Assembly (NCBI GenBank): GCA_016712315.1
Contig: JADJRG010000022.1
Coordinates: 930,522-994,521, forward strand
From: Nannocystis sp.
GTDB lineage: Bacteria; Myxococcota_A; Polyangia; Nannocystales; Nannocystaceae
DNA: 64,000 nt
Direction: 5' to 3'
Positions 34,725 to 44,736 of the stretch are shown in pieces. The position numbers were made by a program, and so were the translations under genes. The notes under the pieces are model-generated. The model was given only the letters and a program-made list of their open reading frames with translations. It was not told the origin of the DNA and did not search any database. Every line of letters starts with the position of its first letter. Position 1 is the first letter of the stretch.

Positions 34725-35669
34725 CTACTCCGGGATCGCGCACACCCCGAGGTCCCCATACCCGGGCGGGGCCATGCCATCCGCGAAGTACGGCACGCAG
34801 CTCTCGCTCTCCTGGCACGGGCCGTCCCCCTCTGAGATCGCGCAGAAGGGCGAGCAGCAGCCGTTCGCGTCGATACACCCGGCGCTCGAAGCCGCGCCCA
34901 CGCACATCAGCCCCGGCTGGCACTGGTTCGTGTAGCTACAACCGGATCCTTGGCCGCCCTCCCCTGGGCCGACGCTGGTCTTGAAGCAGACGAACGAGTC
35001 GCCACCAGAGGGATAGCAGCCCTGCCCCGCCGCGCAGTCTTGGACCAGCGGATCGCAGTTCGCGAGGCAGATCGGCAGCGAGCCGTCGTTGTAGGTCACG
35101 CACTTCGCCCCGCTCTGCGGGCACAGATCGTTCGCGTCGCAGAACTCGACGCAGGTGCCGCCCATCCCTTCATCGTCGGTCAGCAGACAGATGAAGCCGA
35201 GCGCGCAGTCATCGAGGCCGGTGTACTTGCCGTCCTTGACGTCGCAAGGGTCACCGACCTGCCCCTCACCCGCGACCGGCACGCACTTGTTGATCCCCCA
35301 CGGCTCCCCCTCCATCGGCGACACCGCGGTGCACTTCTCGCCGCGCGGGCAGTCCTGAGACTTCGGATCGCAGGCGCCGGTCATGCCTCCGGTGTCACAG
35401 TCGAGGAACGAGCAGCCGGTGTCTGTCTCGCCGGCGCTCGTCGAGCTGGTCATCGACGTCGTCATCGATGTCGTCGAGCCGCTGCTCGTCCCAGCGGTGC
35501 TGTCGGTCGAGCCGCTGCTCGACGTCGTCGGATCGCCGGTCATCGAGCTCGATCCGCTGGTCTCTGTCTCCGCCTCGGTCTCTGAGGCCTTCGGGTTACA
35601 GGCGAACGAGAGCGCCAGCAAGGCGCTCGCCAACAGCAGGGATCCAGGAGCGTGTAGTGTCATCGTCAT
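34725..35669 (-). CDS. Cysteine-rich lipoprotein with a Ser/Thr-rich linker
   Basis: Lipobox LALSFAC. S/T-rich stretch. More than 35 Cys in 220 aa. Confidence 0.6.
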   Translation of the reverse strand: MTMTLHAPGSLLLASALLALSFACNPKASETEAETETSGSSSMTGDPTTSSSGSTDSTAGTSSGSTTSMTTSMTSSTSAGETDTGCSFLDCDTGGMTGACDPKSQDCPRGEKCTAVSPMEGEPWGINKCVPVAGEGQVGDPCDVKDGKYTGLDDCALGFICLLTDDEGMGGTCVEFCDANDLCPQSGAKCVTYNDGSLPICLANCDPLVQDCAAGQGCYPSGGDSFVCFKTSVGPGEGGQGSGCSYTNQCQPGLMCVGAASSAGCIDANGCCSPFCAISEGDGPCQESESCVPYFADGMAPPGYGDLGVCAIPE

Positions 35670-35786
35670 TCGCCACATTACCAGAGGACAGGTCCAGCCC
35701 GCTGCACCTGAGGACGGACGAGCCCCCGCGAGTCGACGCGAGATCCCCCGCGATCTCACCAAAACCTTGACCTTAACCCCGACTTT

Positions 35787-35803
35787 GTATACACCCGTTC
35801 AGT
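35787..35803 (+). promoter_or_regulatory. LexA operator of the Myxococcus type: GTATACACCCGTTCAGT versus CTRHAMRYBYGTTCAGS (15/17)
   Basis: Sits 44 bp upstream of the lexA ATG, where autoregulation is expected. The motif is quoted from memory of published deltaproteobacterial LexA work. Confidence 0.55.
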
Positions 35804-35846
35804 GTCCTCAATGGCGCAGACCCCGCAAACGCACCACGACGCTGCC

Positions 35847-36473
35847 ATGAAGCCCACGTTGACCCACCGCCAGCAGCAAGCGCTGAGCTTCATCTCGAGC
35901 TGCCTCGACCAGCGCGGCTACCCGCCGACCCTCCGGGAGATCGGCGAGCACATGGGGATCCGCTCGACCAACGGCGTCAACGACCACCTCAAGGCGCTCG
36001 AGCGCAAGGGGTACCTCCAGCGCGACGAGCTGAAGAGCCGCGCCTTGCGCCCCGTGGATCAGCCCGAGAGCAGGCGCGCCGAGGTGCCGATCCTCGGCCG
36101 CGTCGCCGCCGGCCAGCCGATCCTCGCCGAAGAGAACATCGTCGACAGCGTCGGCGTCGACCCATTCTTCCTGGGGTCGACCGACTCACGCGAGGTCTTC
36201 GGCCTCGTCGTCCAGGGCGAGAGCATGATCGACGACGGGATCCACGACGGCGACTACATCTTCGTCCGCCGCCAATCGACCGCCGAGCGCGGGGAGATCG
36301 TCGTCGTGATGATCGAAGGTGAGGCCACCGTGAAGCGGATCTACCCTGAGGGCGACCGGATCCGCCTCCAGCCGGCCCACCCCACGATGGCCCCGATCTA
36401 CCTCAGCCGCGCTGATTTTCGCGCCGCCGAGGTCTTGGGCAAGGTCATCGGCGTCTTTCGCCGCGTCCACTAG
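35847..36473 (+). CDS. lexA: LexA repressor
   Basis: N-terminal wHTH ([12 protein letters not shown]...[31 protein letters not shown]). S24 peptidase part with the Ala-Gly cleavage site (VAAGQP), GESMIDDGI (Ser nucleophile) and VKRI (Lys). Confidence 0.9.
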   Translation: MKPTLTHRQQQALSFISSCLDQRGYPPTLREIGEHMGIRSTNGVNDHLKALERKGYLQRDELKSRALRPVDQPESRRAEVPILGRVAAGQPILAEENIVDSVGVDPFFLGSTDSREVFGLVVQGESMIDDGIHDGDYIFVRRQSTAERGEIVVVMIEGEATVKRIYPEGDRIRLQPAHPTMAPIYLSRADFRAAEVLGKVIGVFRRVH

Positions 36474-36595
36474 CCCTCAGGCCCCGTAGCGGCGGGATCG
36501 CCGCGTGAACGACCCGACCCCACCAGCGCCCCCGACGCCGCCAGATCCTCCCGTCCAAGCGGCCGGATCGCCCCTCTCCATCAACTTTCGCTACA

Positions 36596-38761
36596 TTGGA
36601 GCCCGTGAACCGCCGCCAGGCCTCAGCGGGCGCCATCATCGCCTGCTTCCTCGCCTCGATCGCGATCAACGTCGGTGTGATCGTGACCAGCGCGAGCCTC
36701 TACGCGGGCGGTGACGCGCTTCACCTGCCCGCGACCAGCCTCCAGCGGCCACGCTGCGGCCAGATCAGCCGCGAGCTCCTCGAGCTGGTGATCGCCGGCC
36801 CAAACGGCCGCCCTGGCGCCCTCGCCCTCGAGCTCCGCGACGTCCTCTTCGGCCCCCCCTGCGCCGAAGAGCCCCTCCTCATCGCCCTCGTCGACCCCGA
36901 CGAGCCCCCACCTCGCGATCCGCTCGCACCCGAACCAGAGCGCGAGCGCGAGCGCCCCAAGCCGCCCAAACCAGAGCTCAAACCAGATCCGGAGCGCGAG
37001 CCAGAGCCCGCGCCGCTGCCAGAGCCGGAGCCGGAGCCGGAGCCAGAGCCAGAGCCGGAGCCGGAGCCCCAGCAACCTCAAGAGAAGATCGACTTCGTGC
37101 TCGAGCAGCTCAAGATGGTCGAGCAGCTCGACGAGCACGACGAAGAGCACGCCCCAAGCGACGCCCACTACCTCTCCAACATCAACCGCGAAGTCCTCGA
37201 AGAGACCCGCGCGCGCATGACCAACCTGATCCGCGACGCCGACGAGGCCAAGGCGCAGCAGCTCGAGCGCTCGGAGGTCAAGGACCAGGGCACCGCCGAC
37301 GAGCAGAAGATCGCCGAGGAGCAGGAGAAGAAGAGCCAGCTCGCCCGCGAGGCGCCCCGCGAGCCGGTCGCCCCGCAGCCCAAGCTCGCCGCCGCCGAGG
37401 ATCCCAAGCCCAAGAGCCTGCTCTCGATGCGCGACCTCAAGCCGCGCGAGCACGCGGAGGCGCTCACCAAGCAGGAGTCGCAGGCCAACGCGGCGGCCGA
37501 CGGCACCCTCAACGCGGAGCGCCCCGAGCAGGCCCCCGCGCGCGCCCTCGCGGAGCAGCGCGCCCGCAACCGCTCGCGCGAGAAGGACGCCAAGTTCAAG
37601 CTCTCACAGCAGGACCTCACGGCCATGTTCGGCAAGGACCTCGACGCCCAACGCGCCCTCGTCTCCGAGCGCCAGTCCAAGCAGAAGGGCGTGTGGGAGG
37701 GGGCCCGCGAGCGCTGGCAGTCGCCGCTCGAGAACATGGTCCCAGAGGTGAAGATGGGCAACCAGACCGCCCTGCGGTCGCGCAAGCACCCCTTCGCCCG
37801 CTACATCGCGACCATCCACCGCGGCATCCACGACCTCTGGGCCTGGGGCTTCCTCGAGCAGCTCGACACCCAGCCGCGCAGCCACCCCTTCAACAAACCT
37901 GACCTTTGGACCAGGGTCGAGATCGTCCTCCTGAGCGACGGCACCATCGACAAGGTCAAGACCGTCCGCTTCTCCGGCAACACCGGCTTTGATGCAGCCG
38001 CCCGCGAGATCATCCACGCGTCCGCCCCCTTCCCTCAGCCTCCGAGCGAGATCCTCAGCGGCAACGGCAAGGTCTACATCCACTGGGCCTTCCACCGCGA
38101 CGAGCGCGCCTGCGGCACCTTCGGCGCCGAACCATTCATCCTCGACAACGCTGGCGCTGGCGATCGCCCGGATCCCTCGCGCCCCGTCCGCGGCACCGGC
38201 AACGAGCGCGAGGCGATGGAGAGCCGCCGCCTCTCGCGCCAGCTCCCCCCCTCCGGCCCGCCCGGCCCGGAAGGACCCGCCCCGCCGCCCAGCGCCAGCC
38301 CGAGCGAGCCAGAAGAGCCCCCGAACCGCCGCCCCAAGGCGGGCAGCGCCCCGCTCCTCGAAGAGGGCACCGATCCCGCCGCGGACGACGCCGCCGCCCA
38401 AGCCGAAGCCACCAAGGCCGCGAGCGGCTGGCTCTTCGACTTCGCCGCGGGCGACCTCGAAAAGCTCCTACTGCGCAGCAGCCTCCCCTTCTACGCCGGC
38501 GATCAGATCGTCGCGCGCAACAAGGACGAGCTCCGCGCCCTCTTGACCGGCATTCTCGACGAGTCCAAGGGCGCCGGCCGCCCGAGCGCCGCCAAGGTCT
38601 ACAGCGCCGCGGGCCTCCGCAAGGCGCTCGGCAACGTCCCGGCCGGGGTGAACGAGGGCGACGGCCGCCTCTTCGCGCTCACCAAGATCGCCGGCGATCC
38701 CTTGGTGCTCCTCCTCGAGCGCCGCTTCGGCGCCTGGCGCCTGGTCGGGATCGCCCGTTAG
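36596..38761 (+). CDS. TonB-family protein (N-terminal TM anchor, long charged/Pro-rich spacer with (EP)n, TonB C-terminal-like domain, extra C-terminal region)
   Basis: Anchor AIIACFLASIAINVGVIV. (EP)8 repeat. VEIVLLSDGTIDKVKTVRFSGNTGFDAAAREIIHASAPFPQPP resembles the TonB_C fold. Confidence 0.6.
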   Translation: MEPVNRRQASAGAIIACFLASIAINVGVIVTSASLYAGGDALHLPATSLQRPRCGQISRELLELVIAGPNGRPGALALELRDVLFGPPCAEEPLLIALVDPDEPPPRDPLAPEPERERERPKPPKPELKPDPEREPEPAPLPEPEPEPEPEPEPEPEPQQPQEKIDFVLEQLKMVEQLDEHDEEHAPSDAHYLSNINREVLEETRARMTNLIRDADEAKAQQLERSEVKDQGTADEQKIAEEQEKKSQLAREAPREPVAPQPKLAAAEDPKPKSLLSMRDLKPREHAEALTKQESQANAAADGTLNAERPEQAPARALAEQRARNRSREKDAKFKLSQQDLTAMFGKDLDAQRALVSERQSKQKGVWEGARERWQSPLENMVPEVKMGNQTALRSRKHPFARYIATIHRGIHDLWAWGFLEQLDTQPRSHPFNKPDLWTRVEIVLLSDGTIDKVKTVRFSGNTGFDAAAREIIHASAPFPQPPSEILSGNGKVYIHWAFHRDERACGTFGAEPFILDNAGAGDRPDPSRPVRGTGNEREAMESRRLSRQLPPSGPPGPEGPAPPPSASPSEPEEPPNRRPKAGSAPLLEEGTDPAADDAAAQAEATKAASGWLFDFAAGDLEKLLLRSSLPFYAGDQIVARNKDELRALLTGILDESKGAGRPSAAKVYSAAGLRKALGNVPAGVNEGDGRLFALTKIAGDPLVLLLERRFGAWRLVGIAR
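37022..37069. repeat. Hexanucleotide tandem repeat GAGCCR x8, in-frame (EP)n
   Basis: Directly visible. Confidence 0.9.
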
Positions 38762-38773
38762 CGCGAGCGTCCG

Positions 38774-39832
38774 TCACACAGGCCGCGGATCGGGCAGCCC
38801 TGGCGGCACCCGCTCCACCCGCAGCGCCCCGCGCAGGTAGCGGCGCCCCTCAGCAGCTCGCTCGCCCAGCGGCGGCGCGCCGACCCACAGTTGGCGAGAA
38901 GGCGCCCATCCCAGCCCCTCCAAGGCGTTGTTTAAGATCTGCTCTTCAGGACATGCATACAAGACCAGCATCGGGCCGACGATCGGCGGCTCGGCCGCGA
39001 GAGGCCGCGTCGACAGCCCCGACCTGCGCAGCAGCGCCGGCGCCAAGAAGATCGGCCCCTCTCCCCCACGATGCAGCCGCCCGCCCTCACACAGCACCTC
39101 CACCTCGGGCAGCGCCGCCCAACGATCGAGCGCCGCGAAGAACGCCGCCGCGACGCTCGGTGAGCTCGGCCCCGAGAACGCCTCCGGATCCTCGGCCGAG
39201 CCGATCCGCGCGCCGACCCACAGCCGCTGCAAGTGACGCTCGAGCCGCGTCATCGACCCACACACCAGCGCCCTGCCGATCCTCCGCGGATCGCACCCAC
39301 CCCGCCGCAGCGACGCCCGCGCCAGCACATACGCGGCCAGCTCGCGATCGCCGTCGGCGGCGACCACTGCGACCCGCTCGAGCGCCGGAGCGACCCCAGC
39401 CTCCGGCCAAGCGCGCGCGGCGACGTCGTTCGCTCCCAGCCCCTCGACCGTCAACGCCCCCTCCAAGCGCGGAGCGAAGGACGCGAGCAGCTCCAGGCCC
39501 GCCGTGCACGCCGCCGCCTCCGCGCCCACGTGCACCCGACGACCCTGCCGCAGCCGCCGCCACACCGCCGCCAAACACTCCAGCGGCTGCCCTGCCCGCT
39601 CGATCACCCGCGCGGGCTCGCCCCCATAAGGCGGTCGAAACCGCTCCTCACGCAGCGCCCACAGCTCGCGCTGCGCCCGGCCGATCACCCGCTGGCGATC
39701 CCACGCGACCAGCCCATGAGACCCCGCGAGCGCCTCACCGATCGCGTCCGAGCGCAGCGCGAGCTGCTCCAGCAGCGGCCCTTGCCACGCGCGCGCGGCG
39801 GCGGCGAGGCGCTCGGGTCTCATCGCGCTCAA
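38774..39832 (-). CDS. Hypothetical protein with weak ALDH-superfamily-like fold signals, lacking the catalytic Cys/Glu motifs
   Basis: Segments such as IVGPMLVLYACPEEQILNNALEGLGWAPSRQLW recall the ALDH C-terminal region. 4-bp overlap with the PNP gene. Confidence 0.4.
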   Translation of the reverse strand: MSAMRPERLAAAARAWQGPLLEQLALRSDAIGEALAGSHGLVAWDRQRVIGRAQRELWALREERFRPPYGGEPARVIERAGQPLECLAAVWRRLRQGRRVHVGAEAAACTAGLELLASFAPRLEGALTVEGLGANDVAARAWPEAGVAPALERVAVVAADGDRELAAYVLARASLRRGGCDPRRIGRALVCGSMTRLERHLQRLWVGARIGSAEDPEAFSGPSSPSVAAAFFAALDRWAALPEVEVLCEGGRLHRGGEGPIFLAPALLRRSGLSTRPLAAEPPIVGPMLVLYACPEEQILNNALEGLGWAPSRQLWVGAPPLGERAAEGRRYLRGALRVERVPPGLPDPRPV

Positions 39833-40668
39833 GACGCCGTGGGATCCTCCGCGAGCAGCGCCGCCAGCAGACGAGCGACCCGCGGCCGCGCCGCGTCGCT
39901 GCGCTCCTCGACCTCTGCGTGCGACAGCCCGACGATCCCCGCGACGTTCGTCACCACCGCGACGCCCGCGACCACGGCCCCCTCCGCGACCGCCAGCAGC
40001 GCCTCGTAGGTCGTTGACATACCAACAATATCGCCGCCTAGGCGCCGCAGCGCCTCGGTCTCGGCCGGCGTCTCATACTGCGGCCCACGGCAGTGCACAT
40101 ACACCGCCTCGCGCATCGCCCCCAGCCCCGCCTCGGCCGCGATCGCCTGCGCGCGCGCCCGCAGCCGCGGCTCATACAGGGCCCCGCAGCCGACGAAGCG
40201 CGGCCCGATCAGCGGCGTAGGTCCGAGCAGGCCGATCTGATCTTTGATCAGCACGACATCCCCTGGGACGAGCACCGGCGACAGCCCGCCCGCCGCGCAG
40301 GTGAGCGCCACGCCGCGCGCCCCGCAGGCCAACGCCGCCGCCAACGCCGCCGTGCACACCTGCACCGAATGCCCCTCATACGGGTGAATACGCCCTGTCT
40401 GGACCACCACCCGACGCGCGCCGATCGTCCCGATCACCAGCGCCTTGCCGTGGCCGGCGACCCCTGGCGTCGGCATGCCCAGCTCCGCCAGCGCGATCGT
40501 CTCCTCGACCGCGAGCCCGAGCCCGCCGTCGCCCTGCATCAGCCCCTTACCGAAGCCGGAGCCGCAGATCAGCGCCCAGTCGATCGGCCGCCCCTGCAGG
40601 CGCCGCTGCAGCGTCATCGTCGCCCGCTCGACCACCGCGTCGAAGCTCTGTCCTTGAGTCGCGTCCAT
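39829..40668 (-). CDS. Purine nucleoside phosphorylase (trimeric PNP/MTAP family)
   Basis: ICGSGFG, HPYEGHS, VGMSTTYEA. Length 279 aa. Confidence 0.8.
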   Translation of the reverse strand: MDATQGQSFDAVVERATMTLQRRLQGRPIDWALICGSGFGKGLMQGDGGLGLAVEETIALAELGMPTPGVAGHGKALVIGTIGARRVVVQTGRIHPYEGHSVQVCTAALAAALACGARGVALTCAAGGLSPVLVPGDVVLIKDQIGLLGPTPLIGPRFVGCGALYEPRLRARAQAIAAEAGLGAMREAVYVHCRGPQYETPAETEALRRLGGDIVGMSTTYEALLAVAEGAVVAGVAVVTNVAGIVGLSHAEVEERSDAARPRVARLLAALLAEDPTAS

Positions 40669-40702
40669 GCTCGCCCCTCCGGGTCAACGCCCGTCGTCTC
40701 GA

Positions 40703-41734
40703 CTACAGATACATCAGCGCGATCGCCACGCCGAGGCCGACCCCCAAGCCGACCCCGACGATGATCGCGATCATCGTCGCCCGCGGCGCTCCGCCCGCGT
40801 CTGGGGCCGTCGCTCGTTTGGTGTCCGCGGGCGAGCTCCCGGCCGCGAGCCCCTGCTCCTCGCGCAGGCGCACCGCCGTGTGGCGCGGCGGCACCTGGCC
40901 GTCCATCCGCCGCGACACTGAGCCGAGCACCGCCTTCAGCTCATCAAAACCAGGCCGCACATCGGGGCGCCGGCTCATCATCCGCCGGCACAGATCCGAG
41001 AGCTCCTCGTCGAAGCCAGCAACCTCATGCTTCAGCTCGGGGCGCTCCGCCTTCAGGTGGCGGCGGACCACCGCGGTGTAGTGGTCGTCTTGGCCGCTGC
41101 GGCGAAAAGGCGGGTGCCCGGAGCACAGGTGGAACAGCGAGCAGCCGAGCGCGTACACGTCCGCGCGCGCGTCGACCTCTTTGCCCATCGCCTGCTCGGG
41201 CGCCAAGTAGTCGGGGGTGCCGACGAACACGCCCGTCGCGGTGATCGACAGATCCTCTTGCAGCGCCTTCGCCAGCCCGAAGTCCGTCACCTTCACGATC
41301 CCTGCCGAGGTCACGACCAAGTTCGACGGCTTCACATCGCGGTGCACGACCCCGACGCGCTGCGTCTCTGCCAGGCCGATCGCCGCCTGCCGGATCACCT
41401 CGGCCGCGTCGCCGGGGCGCAGCGGGCCGTTACGCTTCACCAGCACCCCGATGTCCTCGCCGTCGAGGAACTCCATCGCCAAGAACGGCCGCCCCTCGTG
41501 CTCGCCGATGAAATAGATCTGCACCACGTTGGGGTGGTTCATCGCCGCGAGCGCGCGGCCCTCCCGGAGGAAGCGGGTCTTGAACTCCTCCGACTCGCGG
41601 TGCTTACGCCCCAGGATCTTGATCGCTACGCGCCGGCCGAGCTGCTCATCCAAGCCCTCGTAGACCTCGCCCATCGCGCCCTTGCCGAGCAGTCCCTTGA
41701 CCTGGAAGGGGCCTATCTGAGCTGGGGTCGCCAC
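40703..41734 (-). CDS. Ser/Thr protein kinase with a C-terminal membrane anchor
   Basis: GKGAMGEVY, VAIK, HRDVKPSNL, DFGLAK, GTPDYLAPE. C-terminal hydrophobic tail. Confidence 0.85.
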   Translation of the reverse strand: MATPAQIGPFQVKGLLGKGAMGEVYEGLDEQLGRRVAIKILGRKHRESEEFKTRFLREGRALAAMNHPNVVQIYFIGEHEGRPFLAMEFLDGEDIGVLVKRNGPLRPGDAAEVIRQAAIGLAETQRVGVVHRDVKPSNLVVTSAGIVKVTDFGLAKALQEDLSITATGVFVGTPDYLAPEQAMGKEVDARADVYALGCSLFHLCSGHPPFRRSGQDDHYTAVVRRHLKAERPELKHEVAGFDEELSDLCRRMMSRRPDVRPGFDELKAVLGSVSRRMDGQVPPRHTAVRLREEQGLAAGSSPADTKRATAPDAGGAPRATMIAIIVGVGLGVGLGVAIALMYL

Positions 41735-41855
41735 GCCGCGTCGAAGCTAACACGGACCGCCTCAGGTTGGCCACGAGGCGGCTAGCGCGGCGATCGAGGC
41801 CCTGCGCGTACATCGCGCACACTCACGAGAGACCCGCCATGGTCCCCGCTGCGGC

Positions 41856-43268
41856 TCACACCGACCGGGCCTCGTTCTCGAAGCGGGTGTGGTGCTTGAT
41901 GAACGTCAGGTTGACGGTGCCGATCGGCCCGTTACGCTGCTTCCCGATGATGATCTCGGCCTTGTTCTCCACCGCGGCCCGCTCCTGCGGCGACGCATCC
42001 CCGGCCAGGTAGCGCTCCGCACGGTAGATAAACATGATGACGTCAGCGTCCTGCTCGATCGCCCCCGACTCGCGGAGGTCGGAGAGCAGCGGCCGATGGT
42101 CCGCGCGGCTGTCGACGGCTCGATTGAGCTGCGACAAGGCGATCACCGGCATCTTCAGCTCCTTCGCCATCGCCTTCAAGCCGCGCGAGATCTCGCTGAT
42201 CTCCTGCTCCCGCGAGTCATAGCGGCTGCGACCGCCGCGGCAGAGCTGCAAGTAGTCGACCATCACCAGCCCCATCTGCTCGGGACCGCCGTCGAAGATG
42301 TTGCGATCTTCACGGAAACGCCGCGCCCGCGCCCGGATCTCGAGGATCGTCGGCGCCGCCTGATCGTCGACGAAGAGCTTCGCCATCGAGATCCGATCCG
42401 CCGCGCTGATCAGCTTGCGAAAGTCCTCCTCGACGAACATGCCTGATCGGAGCTTGGAGTAGTCGACGCGGGCCTCCGCGCAGAGGATCCGCTCGATCAG
42501 CGACCCTGCCCCCATCTCGAGGCTGAAGAAGAGCACCGGGTGGGTCACCGGGCGCTCCTCCACCGGCAGGCCGAGGTGGCGCGCCTGCGGGATACAGGCG
42601 TTCGCCGCGAGGTTCAGCGCGAACGCCGTCTTCCCCATCGACGGTCGCGCCGCCAAGATCAGCAGATCACCGGGCTGCAAGCCGCCGGTCATCATATCCA
42701 TCTCATGGAAGAGCGTGGGCACCCCCGTGATCGGGTTCTTCCGCTTATGCCGCTCCGTGATCCCCTTGAACACCCCGAGCAGCAGCTCGCGCGACGACTG
42801 GTAGGAGGTCCGACGACCACGCTCATTGACGGCCATGATCTTCTTCTCGGCCTCGTCGATGAACTGGTACGGATCCTCGAGGTCCCCGGTCGCCTCCTCC
42901 GCGACCTCACGCGCGGTCACCGAGAGGTTGCGCAGCATCGCCGCGCGGCGAACGAGCTCGGCGTGGTGCGTGATGTTGTGGCTGGTCGCGTAGCGATCGC
43001 CGAGCTTGCCCAGCGCCTCGATCCCGCCGACCAAGCGCAGCGTATCGGTCGCGCGGAGCTGGTTCTCGAGGGTGATGACGTCGATCGGATCGCGGCGCTC
43101 CGCCAGCGCTGACATGGCCTTAAAGATCGCCTGGTGCGCCGGCATATAGAAGTCGCCGTCGGCCACAAGGTCCAACACTTCATTCAGCGCCTGCTCGCCG
43201 CGCAGCAAGATCCCGCCGAGGATCGCCGCCTCGGCCTCGCGGTTATGTGGGAGAGGACGTGAATTCAT
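41856..43268 (-). CDS. dnaB: Replicative DNA helicase
   Basis: N-terminal PHNREAEAAILGG. Walker A ARPSMGKTAF. DnaB C-terminal motifs. No intein. Confidence 0.9.
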   Translation of the reverse strand: MNSRPLPHNREAEAAILGGILLRGEQALNEVLDLVADGDFYMPAHQAIFKAMSALAERRDPIDVITLENQLRATDTLRLVGGIEALGKLGDRYATSHNITHHAELVRRAAMLRNLSVTAREVAEEATGDLEDPYQFIDEAEKKIMAVNERGRRTSYQSSRELLLGVFKGITERHKRKNPITGVPTLFHEMDMMTGGLQPGDLLILAARPSMGKTAFALNLAANACIPQARHLGLPVEERPVTHPVLFFSLEMGAGSLIERILCAEARVDYSKLRSGMFVEEDFRKLISAADRISMAKLFVDDQAAPTILEIRARARRFREDRNIFDGGPEQMGLVMVDYLQLCRGGRSRYDSREQEISEISRGLKAMAKELKMPVIALSQLNRAVDSRADHRPLLSDLRESGAIEQDADVIMFIYRAERYLAGDASPQERAAVENKAEIIIGKQRNGPIGTVNLTFIKHHTRFENEARSV

Positions 43269-43319
43269 CGCTGATCGCGGCGACGCTACCACGCGCGCTC
43301 CTCTTTTAATTCTTCGACG

Positions 43320-43360
43320 AACACGAAGAGGCCGGCGACCGCGTGACGCGGCGCCGGCCT
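43320..43360 (-). terminator. Probable terminator after rplI: stem GAGGCCGGCG / CGCCGGCCTC
   Basis: 10-bp GC stem followed on the minus strand by a moderately T-rich tract. Confidence 0.3.
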
Positions 43361-43380
43361 CGCTGAGCCCGACTGGGCCC

Positions 43381-43833
43381 TCAGATCCCGATGACGTTCA
43401 CCTTCAGCGTCGAGTGAACCTCGGCGCTGAAGCGGACGACCACCTCATGCACCCCGACCGTGCGCAGCGGGTCGTCGAGCACGATCACCTTGCGGTCGAG
43501 GATGATGTTCTGCGCCGCGAGCGCCTCGGCGATGTCCTTGCTGGACACCGAGCCGAAGAGGCGATCGTCTTGGCCCTTCTTGCGGGCGATCGAGACGCTG
43601 ACGGTCTTCAGCGTCTCGGCGAGCTTGCGGTTCTCCTCGTCTTGACGGGCGCGCTCGCGCGCGATCACGCGCTTGCGATGCTCGACCTCGGCGATGTTAC
43701 CGCGGGTCGCCGCGAGCGCGATGCCGCGGGGGAAGAGGTAGTTACGGCCGTAACCTGGGCGAACACGGACGAGCTCGCCCGCGCGACCGAGGTTATCGAC
43801 GTCTTTGGTGAGGATGACTTGGATCGTCGCCAT
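43381..43833 (-). CDS. rplI: 50S ribosomal protein L9
   Basis: MATIQVILTKDVDNLGRAGELVRVRPGYGRNYLFPRG. Confidence 0.9.
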   Translation of the reverse strand: MATIQVILTKDVDNLGRAGELVRVRPGYGRNYLFPRGIALAATRGNIAEVEHRKRVIARERARQDEENRKLAETLKTVSVSIARKKGQDDRLFGSVSSKDIAEALAAQNIILDRKVIVLDDPLRTVGVHEVVVRFSAEVHSTLKVNVIGI

Positions 43834-43845
43834 GGCTCATGGCTC

Positions 43846-44079
43846 CTAGTTCACAGAGAAGGGGATCAGCGCGAGCATACGAGCCCGCTTGATCGCCCGG
43901 GTGATCTGGCGCTGCTGCCGAGCGGTCATCCCTGAGATCCGGGCCGGGACGATCTTGCCGCGGTCGGTGAGGAAGGAGCGCAGGAGCTGCGGGTTCTTGT
44001 AATCGATGACCAGCGTCTTATCGACGTTGAGCAGCGACGCCTTGCGGCTGTGCTTCGGGAAATCCTTATCGAACGCCAT
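43846..44079 (-). CDS. rpsR: 30S ribosomal protein S18
   Basis: Conserved S18 core ...[36 protein letters not shown]. Confidence 0.9.
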   Translation of the reverse strand: MAFDKDFPKHSRKASLLNVDKTLVIDYKNPQLLRSFLTDRGKIVPARISGMTARQQRQITRAIKRARMLALIPFSVN

Positions 44080-44081
44080 GG

Positions 44082-44564
44082 CTACTCACCGTCCTCATCG
44101 TTGTAGTCGTCCTCGTCGTCGTGGGAGAGCTCAGCCGGCTCCTCGACGATCGGCTCCGGCGGCGGCTCGGAGATCGCGTGAAGCAGATCCTCGGTGACCT
44201 CGGAGGGGCGCGCCACCGGATCGACGTCTTGATCGACGAGGATCGTCTGGAAGCGGAGCACCTTATCGGCGAGCCGGAGGTTGCGCTCAAACTCGCGGAC
44301 GATGTCGGAGCCGCCGAGGTAGCGCCAGTAGAGGTAGATCCCGGTGGTGGCCCGGTCGATCGGATAGGCGAGCGTACGGCTCCCCCAGTTCTCGATCTGG
44401 ATCAGGCGGGCGCCATAGGACTCGAACACCCCCTGGCCCTTGTGGACCAGGTCGAGGATGTCGTTCTTATTGGCGGCGGAGCGCAGGATGATGACGGTCT
44501 CGTATTCACGCTTGGTGCCTCGACGCGACGCGTGCGAGAGCACCTGACCTTGAGTGCTGGACAT
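44082..44564 (-). CDS. rpsF: 30S ribosomal protein S6
   Basis: [11 protein letters not shown]...[19 protein letters not shown]. Acidic tail. ATG at 44562-44564 preceded by GGGAGA. Confidence 0.85.
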   Translation of the reverse strand: MSSTQGQVLSHASRRGTKREYETVIILRSAANKNDILDLVHKGQGVFESYGARLIQIENWGSRTLAYPIDRATTGIYLYWRYLGGSDIVREFERNLRLADKVLRFQTILVDQDVDPVARPSEVTEDLLHAISEPPPEPIVEEPAELSHDDEDDYNDEDGE

Positions 44565-44675
44565 GATTTCTCCCTGTGGACTTTCTGTTGGCCCCCCGAA
44601 AGAGCTCGGGGAGCAAGGAGGGCGAGAGGTTCTAAACCAATCACGCCCCAACAACAAGGGGTGTTAACCCACGAA

Positions 44676-44716
44676 GAAGGGGCCGTATCCCTGCGGACAC
44701 GGCCCCTGTCTTGCCC
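44676..44716 (-). terminator. Rho-independent terminator after hppA: stem GGGGCCGT / ACGGCCCC followed (minus strand) by TTCTTCGTGGGTT
   Basis: Hairpin at 44689-44715 with a T-rich tail on the minus strand, between the hppA stop and the rpsF start. Confidence 0.4.
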
Positions 44717-44736
44717 GCCTTCGCGGGCACCACGAC

